Shown one piece after another: positions 13,301-25,986 of a stretch of 64,000 bases of DNA. Each line of letters starts with the position of its first letter. Positions within the stretch are counted from its first letter, which is position 1. Both the position numbers and the translations under genes were made by a program. The notes below the pieces were generated by a model that saw only the letters and a program-made list of their open reading frames with translations, made no database searches and was not told the DNA's origin. The DNA is from Trichoplax sp. H2 (Eukaryota): assembly GCA_003344405.1 (NCBI GenBank), contig NOWV01000211.1, positions 1 through 64,000 on the forward strand, written 5' to 3'.

Positions 13301-16300
13301 AGATAATGTTAAAACTAATTCTTACAGAGAATTTTAATACAATAGTATACGGTCTTATTACGCCAGATCAGATATCTCATTTAATGCTTGCAGCAGTGAA
13401 ATGCAAAAAAAACGTCATATTCATACTATATTATAATGTGACCTATTCACATTAAAAATTTCGTACTTGCCGTAAACGATCAAATCTAAATTCGATTAAA
13501 ATAAAGAAAGTAGTACTATTGATGATTAGTAAGTGATAAATATAATCTTAATGTAAGCCGATTTTTAAAGTTATAAAGAATAAAAAGCCATCTATACTTG
13601 ATTGGTAGGAGCATGATTGGACAGAATTTTTTCTAAATTCGGAAAGTTCGGAGACAAATAAATCATGTATTAATATTCAAGAATGGAAACGTAGAACGAG
13701 CGTGTGGGAGTTATTCCATAGCGAATGTGTTTATTTAATTGACCATCTACTAATTTTAAAAGATGTAAGAACTCAATTTTTAAATCTCCTTTGATCAGAT
13801 GTACCAAATTTATGACATTTTAGAAGTTGCAAGTAATTCAAGATTTAAAAATTCTTGATTATCATCTTTAAATATTTAGATTTTTCTGATGCCTTTACGA
13901 TTACTGCAAGAATATGGCTTTCTTACAGAAATTGATGGCTTTAAACTATTTGGAAATATCGAGGAATTATGCGCGGTAGGCTTTACAAGCTGGATCATAT
14001 TACATACAGTACTATCTTAACTCTTCGTCTTTTCTGCTTTATAAAGTTTCGAAACAGATTGAATGCTATCGACCCAAAGCATTCATAATAGCATGAACCA
14101 GCTAGATATTATGTTACACTCAATTTCTGGATATAGCGTTTTAATATAGGCGTATATATGCAAGTACTGGACCAATTATGTTATTATCATTATTATACTG
14201 CTGGTAAAGCTAATAATTATCTTAAATGTAATTACTTCTATATCATCTCGCTTTTTTTGGGACTTACTTTCGTGCTTATTCGTATTCATGACGTAAAGGC
14301 AAAATTGCCTTTTATTAATTATTTCATTTTGCAAGTATCTTATTTCTCATCATTTCTTAAAGCTAATCTCCGTATTGATTTATTTCTGTATTCATTTTCT
14401 TAATACCCGTACTTTGATAATTATTATTTTAAGTAGAGCATCAGTAATATACTTAAGTAAGTAAATGTTGCGCCAAAATATTACCTTTCAGTCAGGCTTA
14501 CATTGGCAAGGAGTTCTCTTGATTGCCTTTTGTAAATTCTTCTCGCTATAGCTCAGCTCTAAATTTTGCACCGATTTGCTTCTCGTATTCCAATCTGCTC
14601 AAGAAGACAACTTGTGTAGTACCGCTGCAGTTGTCGACACCTTTACAGATGTATGTAAAGCCAGTTCTATTTTTATAGTTATTAACTAATAGAATACAAT
14701 TCTAATTTATAAATTACGTGGTATTAAATTTCAATCCTGTCTGCAACATACACCTCGCAACTAGTTTGGTTGGAAGTTTCATCCTAAATATTTGACCTAT
14801 TGCTTAAATTACAAGAAAGCAATCAATTATTTTAAATCGATAAAGGATTCTGACGTCTTTCAAGAATACCTAAAGGTAAAATGTTATTAAAATTTGAAGT
14901 GCGTTGACTACATGTACTTCGAATTTGGTTAAAATGTGAGCAAAACATTAATTTCTTCATTGCAAGATTGCTTCTTTTCAAATTTCAGCATTGTCAACAA
15001 AACACTTCATGCCGTAAATTGAAACTGACAGATTTACTTATTGCACCAATTCAGAGGTTAACCAAATATCCGTTGATTCTAAAGGTGAAAATCTAATATT
15101 GACTATAACCTACTCCCAATATAATAATTGTGGTGGAAGTGTCTTTTCGAAATAAAACAAGAATCCCAGTTTCTAGTAAACTTCATTTTATTGCAGAAAT
15201 TAGATTTATCTAATAACTAATAAGGAATATCGAGCTGCAATCAGACTATCTAAATTATTACAGAAAAATTCAGGATTTGTGTACATTACTTACAAAATGA
15301 TATTTTCGCAACACAATTCTGTCTTACCAATTACCTCACAGTGTCATCTCTACAATTTCTATCTTACGATCTATTTATAATTTGCACTTCGGAATAAAAG
15401 TATCACAATATAAATCTCATAGTATTCCCATGCTTAGCGCTACCTATTTTCTCGCGAATTCTTAATATAAAAATCTCAATAGAATTGCAGCAATACGTGC
15501 TGTGATTATCTTCTGCAAATAGAAAATTGCGTGAACTTATATTCTAATTCAATTTATCTATTTTCATATAGGTTTATAATTATAAACTTAAGCTAATAGA
15601 GGACTGCACTACAATGATATACGTATCGGCTACTTACTATCGACATTTAATAACTATGTTATTATAATAGGAAATTATTCACTACAGTCAAGAAGACGAC
15701 AATGGTTGCAAAGCTCTATCATCAGCTATAACTGCAGTCCAGGTTTCATTAGGTACAGTAAGGAACTAGTAATTATATACGTGTATACTTAAGATGGCTA
15801 GAATTGTTCCATAAATTATATTCACGTTATAGTATTTAGTTGATCATTTGTACATATTTTGCAAATAGGTTATTAACAGTAACAATTGCATTATAGATCA
15901 TTTTATTAACTATGTATCGCTTTGTATCACAGTGGAATTAGAGGAGAAAGTTCAAAAAAACCTACGAATAGAATTAATGGAAGAGTTAGAAAATCAAATT
16001 TTTTGGCCTAAGTGGGAAGAATTTACTCCAAAGGCATTCATTCCAGAGGTATTTGTGCTTTCGAGATTATGAAATTAACATCAATAGCGGAATTAATAAT
16101 ATATATGTTAATTTATGTTGTAATTGAACAATTTCTTACACTCGTCTGAAGTAATCCATTCTTGATATTCATTTCTCTGCCCTTTGCGATTAAGAATTTA
16201 AAGCAAACCATTTCTAGGCAACCATGTGAAAATTTTTGTAGAAATGAAAGTAATCGATTCCTTTATCATGGACCAACCATTTTAATTGGTAAAGCACACT

Positions 16301-19300
16301 ATAACTAGTCGAGCTTTTGAATATTTATGATCACTCTATCATATAGAAGTTATTATGACTAAAATTAATGGTTTTAAACGAATATCTTCAGTGGTTTTAA
16401 TATAAATAAAGACATCATTGTATTTCTTTTTCTACTGGAAAGTTACTTTATTAACCAAAATTTACACCTTTTTTCACTCATCTTCTATAGTAATACGGTA
16501 TTCTTATACCAACAAATAGAAAAAATGTCGATTATTATCGATTTCAAAGTTCATATAGTACTATTGTGTAATAATCTAAAACTATAAATGCAATCAAGAT
16601 TTCTAGAGTGTTAGCATCATCAATACTCGTGGTGCAGCATTGAGCGCCTTTTCATAGAATGTGTTCTTTTGCCATATAGATAGTTCCCGCTCTTATGAAA
16701 GCCACTTATTTCTTTTCGAGCATTTGATCATGATTGCGAAAATACAGCGAAAGTCATCGTCAAAGAAGGTAAGTAAAAATTTTTGACTTACTCAATTTTA
16801 AATTAGTATGTACTTAAAGATTTTACTGAGGTACGGATGACAAGGAACTTTTATTTGCTGCCTTATCCCATCATCCTACACCGTATAGGCTACTGCCTAT
16901 GATAATAAATAAGTACAGTAGCAATATGCGATTTTGTTGCTTTCATTTTATTTATGCGCTTTTCAGTCAGTTTAAGTACAATATCAAGTTCGAACAAATT
17001 GACGTTCTATCAAGCATTTTATAAATATCATAACAAGAAGGATTTTAATTTCTTGTTAAACCAATTTTTATTTTCATAAATTGGATTGTCTACCAAATTA
17101 TTAAGGATTATCTACATTTAGTGCTAAAGCTCTCTATCTATCTGGCTATTCATTAAAACAGGATCTATGTTTCATACACGAATATGATACGTAACATGTC
17201 ATTGCGTAATAGCCAAACTCGACAAAAGCCTTAGCGTAGACACATACTGGTCGAATTCTTGCTTGTCATACTTAATGTACCGATACTTGTTTATTAAGCA
17301 GAATAATTAAGTTATAATGCACAACTGTCACGTAGCCTATATGGTACATTACGTCGATAAATTACTGTAGTCTATAAATATGTCTACGGCAGAGGTATTT
17401 GGAAGCCCATAATCGCTTTTATATTTGCAATTAATATTTGGTGCGATACAGTGCGAAGCATATTAAGAGTTGAAATGAATATAAAAGCCAGTCCAATGCT
17501 ACTTATCATATTCATGGCAAGTTGCACTAAACAGGAAAGACCACCTTATTACTTATTATTGAAAATAATTAAAAGACATCAATTCAAAAGTCACAACTAG
17601 GGCTATTCTTGAACAATTGCTACGCTTTACTTCATGAAAAGACTCCTTTTCTATGACTAAATTGCTTCCAAAACCGCTTCTTTATATTTTTACGGTTCCT
17701 AATTTGGAGATTATAACACAAGTAAGCATACGTGCCAACAATTTCTCCTCCATTATCCTACTTTTTCTATTTTCTTGTCGAAAACAATGCTTCGAAATCA
17801 TAGAATTAATTAAGCATGTAATTCTATCTACATTATCAAGCTATGCTCATAATATTATTACGAATTCTAGCAATAACAAGAGACATTATCTTGTGATAAA
17901 GTGTCTCAAAATCAGAAATGATCAAAATTCGATCATTTATAATTTTTTTTATGATATAAACTACTTCTTGTATCAAGGACAAGATTAACTAATATTTCGT
18001 CCTATAACTTTCGATAAATTTAGCATTAAATTATTCGCATCATCTCTGGTGTTTAACCACTTAAGTAAGACTACTAAGACACTCCTAACTATTGCTACAA
18101 TATCTACCCTAAGTATTTCACACAGTTATGCGCTAAATGTAACCCTAAGTTTTCCTGTTTATCTGCGATCTCGCATATACAGTATCAATCATATTATGTT
18201 ACATATCAATTAGCGACTTCCTACAATCTATTAAGTTATTTTGGGGCTGCACTACGCATCCAAGACATATGGAATTGCTAAGTATACAAATGCCCAATGA
18301 AGATATGTAGAGCCTTTACTTGCATATATTTTTTAATAGCTCAATTTTAAGATTTATGCTCTACAATGTTAATAGCACTGTAACAAACTTTCACTAATTT
18401 GATGACCCCTGCGTAAAATCAAGTTCTGATGACGTTAGCAATGAAAATTAGATCATTCTTCTGTAAAGCTGAAATGCCAAGTCGCTATAAAAGATGTACC
18501 ATATGGCATTTCTTTAGAAAATCAATCCAGTTATGAATTTCGGTCTATTTTTTAATTGTTGAATTATAAGATTCATGCCCTACAATACTAGCAGTACTTT
18601 AATTAATTTTTGCCAATTTGAATGACTACTGCATACAATTGAATTCTGTTGACGTTAGCAAATTAGATCGCTTTACTGTAAAGCTGGAATGTCAAGTCAT
18701 TATAGCAAATGCGTCATATTTCTAGAAAATTAATCGCATCATTAGTTTTAATGACAATTTTAACAGCTGAATTATAAGACTTACACTTTACAACACTAAC
18801 AGTACTGTAGTAAACTTTGGTTGACTTTAATGACAGCTGCATCAAATCGAATTTCGTTGACGTTATCAACCTTGATCATACTTCCTGTAACTTAATAAGC
18901 TGAAATACCTAATAGCTATAAAAAAATACGTCATATGGCATTTCTTTAGAAAATCAAACCTGTCATTATTTTGAAGTACATTTTTATTTGCTAAATTATA
19001 AGATTGACGCTATGCAACACTAATAGTGCTGTAGTAAAATTTCGCCGATGTTGATGGCCGCTACTTGAAATTGATTCAGTTGATGTTAGTAAGTTAGATC
19101 GTTCTTTCTGTAAAGCTGAAATATCCTGCCGTTATACAATATACCTTATATGGAATTTCTTTAGAATATCAATTGTGTCATGGCTATATTTCAAGCCCTT
19201 TTCTAGTTGCTAAATTAGAAGGTTTATACTCTACAATACCAACAATGCTGTAACAACCTTTGACTGATTTTGATGACCGCTTCATCAAATCGAGTTCCGT

Positions 19301-22300
19301 TGACGTTATTAAATTCGATCGTTGTCATGGTTTCAGCTCATTACAGCAGCTATACGTAAAGAAATAAAGTGATAGGTATACATAACAACGTTTGATCTGT
19401 AAAGTTAAAATGTCAATTATTATAAAAGGTGTGTCATTTCGTTCAAAAATCCATTCCACTATTTATTTCAAGCGCATTTTAATAACAAACTTATAGGATT
19501 GATGTTCTACAATACTAACAGCGCTGCAATAAATTTTCACTGATTTTGATGACGATTGTATACGATCAAATGCTGTTGACGTTATCAAAATTAGATCGCT
19601 CTTTGCACAAATCGGAAATATCCCGTTGTTATAAAAGATGCTCTATATGGAATTTCTATTAAAAGTCAATCCTGTTATTATTTTAAGCCTATTTTTTAAT
19701 TGCTAAATTAGAGAATTTGTGCTCTACAGTGCTGTATACCTAGTACTGCAACAAATTTTGCTGATTTCGATAACTGCTTTATCAAATTGATTTCCGTTGA
19801 CATTATCAACTTCGATCGTTGTTATGGTTTTCAGCTCATTACAGTAGTGACGGTATGTGTTAGGAAATGCAGTGATAAGCTTAAGAAATTATACACCACG
19901 ATCGCTCGTTCTTTCATCGTTGAAATATCCACTTGATATAGAAGATGGATCCTGTGATATTTCTTTGGAAAATCAATTTCGCTATTATTTTAAGCTCATT
20001 TTTAGCTACTAATTTGTAAGATTTCAGCTCTACAAGACTAAAAGTACTGTAGCAAACTTTGGTCGATTTTGATGATTGCAGCTGTATACGATCAAATCCT
20101 GTTGACATTGTCCAAATTGAATTGTTCGTTCTATCAATAAGAAATGTCCTGTCGTTGTAAAAGATGCATTATCTGCAATTTCTTTAGAAAGTCAATCCCG
20201 TTATTATTTAAAGCGCTTTTTTCATTGCTAAATTAGAGGATTTATGTTTAGCAATGCGAACAGTATTGCAACAAGTTTTCGCTGATTTCGATGACACTTT
20301 CACCAAATGGAGGTCCGTTGACGTTATCAAATTGGATTGTTGTCATGGTTGATTTCATTACAGCCGTCATATGTTAGGAAATACTGTACAGAGATAGGCT
20401 TAAGATCCCACATTACACGACCATCATTAGTCCTATAAAGTTGAAATATACGCTAGTTCATACGTGGATCCTACGCCATTTCTTTGAAAATCAATTTCTC
20501 TATTATTTTAAGCGCATTTGGATTGGCAAAGTTAGAAGATTTCTGCTCGACAATACTACCAGCATTGCAGCAAACTTGGTCTGATTTCAATGACCTCTTA
20601 ACCCAATCGAGTTCCGTTAACGTTATCAAATTTGGATCGTTGTCATGGTTTCAGGCTATCACCGCAATGATACGTTAGGAAATACAGAGATAGACTTGAG
20701 CTCTTCTACATGATAATCATTCGTTCTGTAAAGTTGAAATGGACACTCGTTTCTCTGGCATTTCTTTGCAAAATCAATCCCCCCCTATTATTTTACGCTC
20801 ATTTTTATGGACTACCTTAGAAGATTTCTGCTCGACCATGCTAACAGCGTTATCCCAATGAGATCTTTCGCTCTGTATAGCAGAAATGTCCTGTCATTGT
20901 AAACGATGTGTCATAGGATATTTCTTGGCAAGGTCAATCCCCTTATTATGGCTTTGTACAATTGCTGTTGATTGATCTCTTCAGTGATAGCTTGAAAGAA
21001 TTGAATTGGTGTTGCGGTTAGCATTGGCATCACTCTTCAATAACGCTGAAACATATTGCTAAGGCTGAACAATGGAACTGATAAAGCTCAGTAATCTATG
21101 TTATATATAGCCAGCCATGCTTTACTTTAATAGGGAGATGTTTTAGTTTAAAATGACAAATTGCAATCTGACTGCCTTGTGTTAGTCGTCGGATTTCGAT
21201 ATCGTCAAACACGGCCATACTGTACTTTAATTAAGAAGATGTATTAGGTCAATGATTCTATAAAAAGACAAATTGCAATCTGACTGTCATGCGTTAGTCG
21301 TTGGATTTCGATATCGTCAAATATGGCCATACTGTACTTTAATAGGGAGATGTTTTAGGTCAATGATTCTATAAAAGACATAGTCGTCGGATCTCGATAT
21401 CGTCAAGCATGGCCATACTTTACTTTAATTCAGGAGACATATTAGGTCAATGATTCTATAAAATGGCAAATTGCAATTTGACTGTCTTCTGTTAGTCGTC
21501 GGATCTCGATATCGTCAAACATGGCCATACTTTACTTTAATTAAGGCGATGTGTTAGGTCTATGATTGTATAAAAAACCAAATTGCAATCTGACACTGTC
21601 TTGCGTTAGTTCGTCGGATCTGGATGTCCTCAACGATAGCCGTACTTTAAGGTAACATTATAGGTAAATGATTCTATAAAAGGACAAATTGCAAGCTGCC
21701 ACTGTCTTATGTTACTGGAGTCATTGGATCTCAATGTCCTCAAAGAGAGCTATACTTAAAGGAGACATTTTAGGTCTAAATTAACCGCCTGGTGTTACAA
21801 AATAATACAGTTGTTGTAGACATAGTATCGATAAGATCTATCATATTGAATACGCCTGTTTATTCAGTATATTTCCGCAGTTGTTCTGTAATGATGACGA
21901 TTAAGACCTAGATAGCATATCTAAGAAAATAAGTTGTTATCTTATTATGAATAAGATAAGATTGTCGTCAACATTTATGGTATGTCCGTTATTGCACATT
22001 ACTGGTAATTGTCTCTTATATATTACGGCTCCTAACGCATAATAAAGTTAGTTCGGTACTTAAGCTCTATTGGACTCGTGATTGTTCAGCACTCAAGCCC
22101 TACTGGACTATTAAATTATTGTTACGATAAACTAGAAAGTGTAACACCTGGCTAATAGGCACTATTGAGACTAATAATTACCTTTAAATACTGTAGAAAT
22201 GTATGCAGTCTCGAAACCCGATATATTTTATAATAATGTTAGTTCTTATACGAATTACTCTCAATCCCTAGCGAAATCCGGCTCAGAAATATAATTGATA

Positions 22301-24502
22301 CAATTAACCATGATATTATCTTGTTACTAACAAGGTGATAGAAATCAAGCCTTAACAGATTAGACGCGTACGTAGTGATACTGCTACCATTGCAATGACA
22401 TTAACGCAATATCCTGCCTACCTATTCTATTTCAAGGTTACATTGTTTGGAAAAAATGACCAAGATTATTTATAGTAGTTGTTATAGTCACTTTTTGTAT
22501 CGTAGAAATCTCTATCCACGCCAGTTGAGCACAGACACCGATCTTCACCAAGATCAAAATTCTAACTTACTTCGATTCACCAGCAGCCATAGCATATCTA
22601 TAGAATATGCATACATGGACGTAAATACTGATAATCTATATCAGTTGTCGTGTCTTCTTATATCTAAATTTGTATAACTTTCAATTCAACCCTAAAATAC
22701 CGAAGAGCACGCAAAAATAGAAAATATCAGATTTACTATGATCAGAATATGATTTGAACTTTGTGCTCTCTTATAAATTACGTAACTAACTAATGACTAA
22801 TAATCTACTGTACATATATATACCCTAATTCGTCGCCATACGATTAGCATGATATTAGTATACTTATTATGATTCAATTTGCTTTGTAATTTTGTTTCGA
22901 CGACGCAGAATGTTGACCACGGTGTCCATAAAGTGTTACAAGCTAGCACTTTTTGGTAGTAAAGAAAAATTGTAGATGATACAGATTTGAATTTATCATT
23001 ACTCACGGGTTTAAAAAAACTTAAAAATTAATTAAAAGATATTTAATTCGTTTAAAGCTCACATTATTACACACTAGAAATTGTTATGCCTACTAAGCTG
23101 AGCTAGTTGGCTTCATAAAATAATTAGCTTAGTGAACTTGACTTAACATGTCCGCTAAATTACTAAAATCTCACTGTTTAATCTGCTACATGTACTGATA
23201 TTCGCCTTACTTTATAAGCTAATTTGGGGACTAAATTGCTCTTAAAAGCTGCTGTAGGCAGTTTAAATGACAATAATAGTGATTTTGTTTTGTTTCTTAT
23301 ACTAGCGAATAGATCACTGTATGCATAGTTTTTGAGTCTTCTTTTAAAACTTCTTGCGAACGTGTTTATGCATTTTTGTAATGGGTATTATATTATAACT
23401 CTTCATTTTAATTTTTTCGTTTACCTTACATTTAAATTTCTCAGTCATAATTTCTAATTTTAGCAAAAGACTAACGGCGTAGAAGTGGATGGAGATACAA
23501 TTTTAGATAATAATGCTATTTATTGCGTTTATAAACAAGTAAGTACCTAAGTTCCATTACGGCCCGCTTATCTGATAAGATTATACGCGAGATTTTGCTT
23601 CCATATTTTAAATCATTATCTTAAATTGAAGTCATATGGGATTTGGAGGATAAATCTTCTTATGCTGCATCTTCTTATTCTGGCTAATAGAATGAATATT
23701 AGATTTTGATCCATCTTTATCAAGTCTAAATCTTATCTTAACTTTCATTTTATATTCTATAATATATTCTTGGTTATGTTAAATTGTATGAGTTGTAGAA
23801 TTACCGAATTTACTTTACACCTATCCGTGCTAGTAACGGAAAATTGAATAACAACACTAAATCCGTTTCTTATAATATTGTATTGGGCAGTTTGCAAAAT
23901 GACCGACTTCGCATACGGTTACGTTCATATATATAATATATATATGAAGGGCACTTATGAAAGTTTCACATTATTTCAACACCAGTTTTCAATATCAATG
24001 TAAATTAAACTTCGTATGTACTCGAAAAATTATGGTAATTTATTTACAAAAATTAACCGCTAATGATTTATGTAAATAAAGTGTTGCCCTTCGTATGCCC
24101 CATTATAGTATAGGGACTTTATTTATAAAAGTCGCGATCATTTTTTAGCTTTAATTTACTCCGATACCGCCTAAGTATCTTGTTTTCTATATTTACTTGT
24201 TATTTAGCCAATACCGTTAGACGAATTAAGAGTCTATAAAGATGAAGAAAAATTAACTTTAGTCCACACCTCCAAGATTGGTCAAATCATTGGAATCTAT
24301 ACGGTTCAATTTTCTGACGATGTTGCAACGGTAGTTTACAAGCTAAATTATTAATTCACTTTGACTATCACAATTGCTTCAAATTAATATTCAGAGGTGC
24401 TATTAAATATATATATATATATATATATTTACATTTTTGCAGACATTGTGGCTATCAAAGATTGATTCTGCACAAGCCAATTTGCAAGCTTTTGTTTACT
24501 AA
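10362..24502 (+). CDS. PLEKHG7: PLEKHG7-like DH-PH Rho guanine nucleotide exchange factor, ~650 aa, 21 exons
   Basis: Phase-consistent GT-AG exons: 10362-10503, 10805-10849, 10972-11063, 11214-11333, 11495-11547, 11705-11754, 12108(or 12090)-12164, 13003-13082, 13180-13296, 13609-13764, 13880-13975, 14552-14650, 14765-14875, 14989-15084, 15671-15752, 15933-16048, 16195-16288, 16680-16768, 23464-23538, 24208-24330, 24443-24502. DH motifs: SVWELFHSECVYLIDHLLILKDIFLMPL (recalls PLEKHG7 AVWELFTSECTYFLDHLLVLK), YCLNY and CRKLKLTDLLIAPIQRLTKYPLILK. PH motifs: HLFLFEHLIMIAK, VYKQPIPLDEL, WLSKI. The frame is open back to the acceptor at 10347, so an upstream coding exon is possible. N-terminal exons are less certain than DH-PH exons. 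Confidence 0.85.
18345..20950. repeat. Diverged tandem array, ~11-12 units of 208-305 bp, in the long PLEKHG7-like intron
   Basis: The anchor TGACGTTA or a variant recurs at 18430, 18650, 18858, 19081, 19301, 19577, 19798, 20103, 20319 and 20618. Shared blocks include CTGTAAAGCTGAAAT, ATTTCTTTAGAAAATCAAT and CTACAATACTAACAG. Confidence 0.9.
21110..21780. repeat. Tandem array, ~6 units of ~85-115 bp, same intron
   Basis: Recurrent GGCCATACTKTACTTTAAT...TTAGGTCAATGATTCTATAAAA..CAAATTGCAATCTGACTGTC..GTTAGTCGTCGGATYTCGATATCGTCAA. Confidence 0.92.
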
Positions 24503-24716
24503 GTTGAAAATCCAGCCAAAAAATCCTTGTATGAATGAAATATTTCTAATTATCATTATTTAATTAATAACTATTTATAGTATATCGGTGTTTATAATCA
24601 TTAAATTACTAACCTACGACATAAGTGCCTAATAGAGTACGTATTTACCGGCTTTAAATCAGAATATGTAGTCCAATATCAGCAAACTTTTTAATAGGCT
24701 TGAATTCTTACTCACC

Positions 24717-25986
24717 TTAAATTGATTCTGTAACACGAAATATTGTAATTATGAAAAGTGTAGACATTCCCAGAAGTGTTACCTTTATAGTATTGAAAGG
24801 AAGTTTAGGTAACAAAACGGAGAGGAGAAAATATTGCTCCAAAAACAATAAGATTTTTAATCGGTTTCTCTCAGGATAATGACATAACTTTTCCAGATTG
24901 CAATTAGTCGTTCCTTAAATTGATTCATTACGGTAATTGACATACGTATTATGCCAGCTAATAAAAGGAAATTGAATTCTAGTTACTATCTGAAATTTCT
25001 TCTCCAAACTTTCATGTACCTATCTCATCTAAAAGAACAGCTAGCAGGTTTGTAAATGGAATTTCACCTTGCTCATTATGAGAAACGCAGCCTAATTAGA
25101 GCCATATCCATTTGGATTGTAGAATTATGGAATGAATGAATAGCTATTTCTCAATAATGAAAGTATTAAACTACCATCGCTATATTATTCTTGATTAATA
25201 TGTGAATATGACTATAGACTCAGGCTTTTTGTAGTCTCACTGTCAAATCGCATATGGGATAAGTTAATAAAAACTACCAGCGTAGTGAAAATTCTCCGAA
25301 ACTCTATAGAAGGATTTCAATAAGTAATAAATCTTAAACCAAATTTTTTAATTAAATTTCGTTCATGAAGTTACTGTAATATGTAATCTATGCAACAAAT
25401 TCATGAACAGATAATCGACGGTATTTCATTCTATAACATCGGCAAGACATTTATATATAGTATATATATCTTTAATTGTCTGTAGCTACAAATTAAAAAG
25501 ATTTAGCGTTGAGATAAGCGACAAAGGCAATATAATGAAAATTAAAGTAATATATTCAGAAATAATTATCGTAATATCCTGTTTAAACCCGTGAAACTTA
25601 TAACATGTACAACTATATTAAACCAAAATAAGACTAAATACCAAACAAACTCATGGTCATGACTAATTACTGTCCTAGTTGCACGTAATATTTTAAAATG
25701 GGATCGATTCAAAATTTTAAAATATAAAACAAGTAAAGCGACGCTGCTAATATGCCAAACTCTCTAAAGTAATGAATTTGAATTATACCAAAGTTTATTA
25801 AATTTTATAAAGTTCATTTGGTAGCATATTGGCTTAAGCTAATGTGAAAATAATTAAATCAAAAAATACCGAAAATTTTCTTACCATTGTTATCATGACT
25901 TCCTTTGAAGCTATATTTAAGCCATCGGATATGTCGCTACCAAGTTGAATTCCTTTTGAATTCGTTGCTGATTTTATTTTCTTCAT
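24717..25986 (-). CDS. Candidate two-exon 55-aa small protein with a C-terminal transmembrane segment
   Basis: Exon 25986-25885 (in-frame stop just upstream of the ATG, donor ATG|gtaaga) plus exon 24782-24717 (acceptor ctaaacttcctttcaatactataaag|). The product is MKKIKSATNSKGIQLGSDISDGLNIASKEVMITM|VTLLGMSTLFIITIFRVTESI*. No homology recognised. Confidence 0.35.

Noticed and set aside
1245..17988. Isolated ORFs 1245-1433, 7513-7779, 14158-14403 and 17653-17988
   Set aside because: Their I/L/F/Y/N/K-rich composition is typical of random AT-rich DNA. Two are intronic and none has recognisable motifs or an exon chain.
19914..20678. ORFs 19914-20108 and 20484-20678 as a repeat-protein gene
   Set aside because: They lie within the intronic array. 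Unit lengths are mostly not multiples of three, and other units contain stops.
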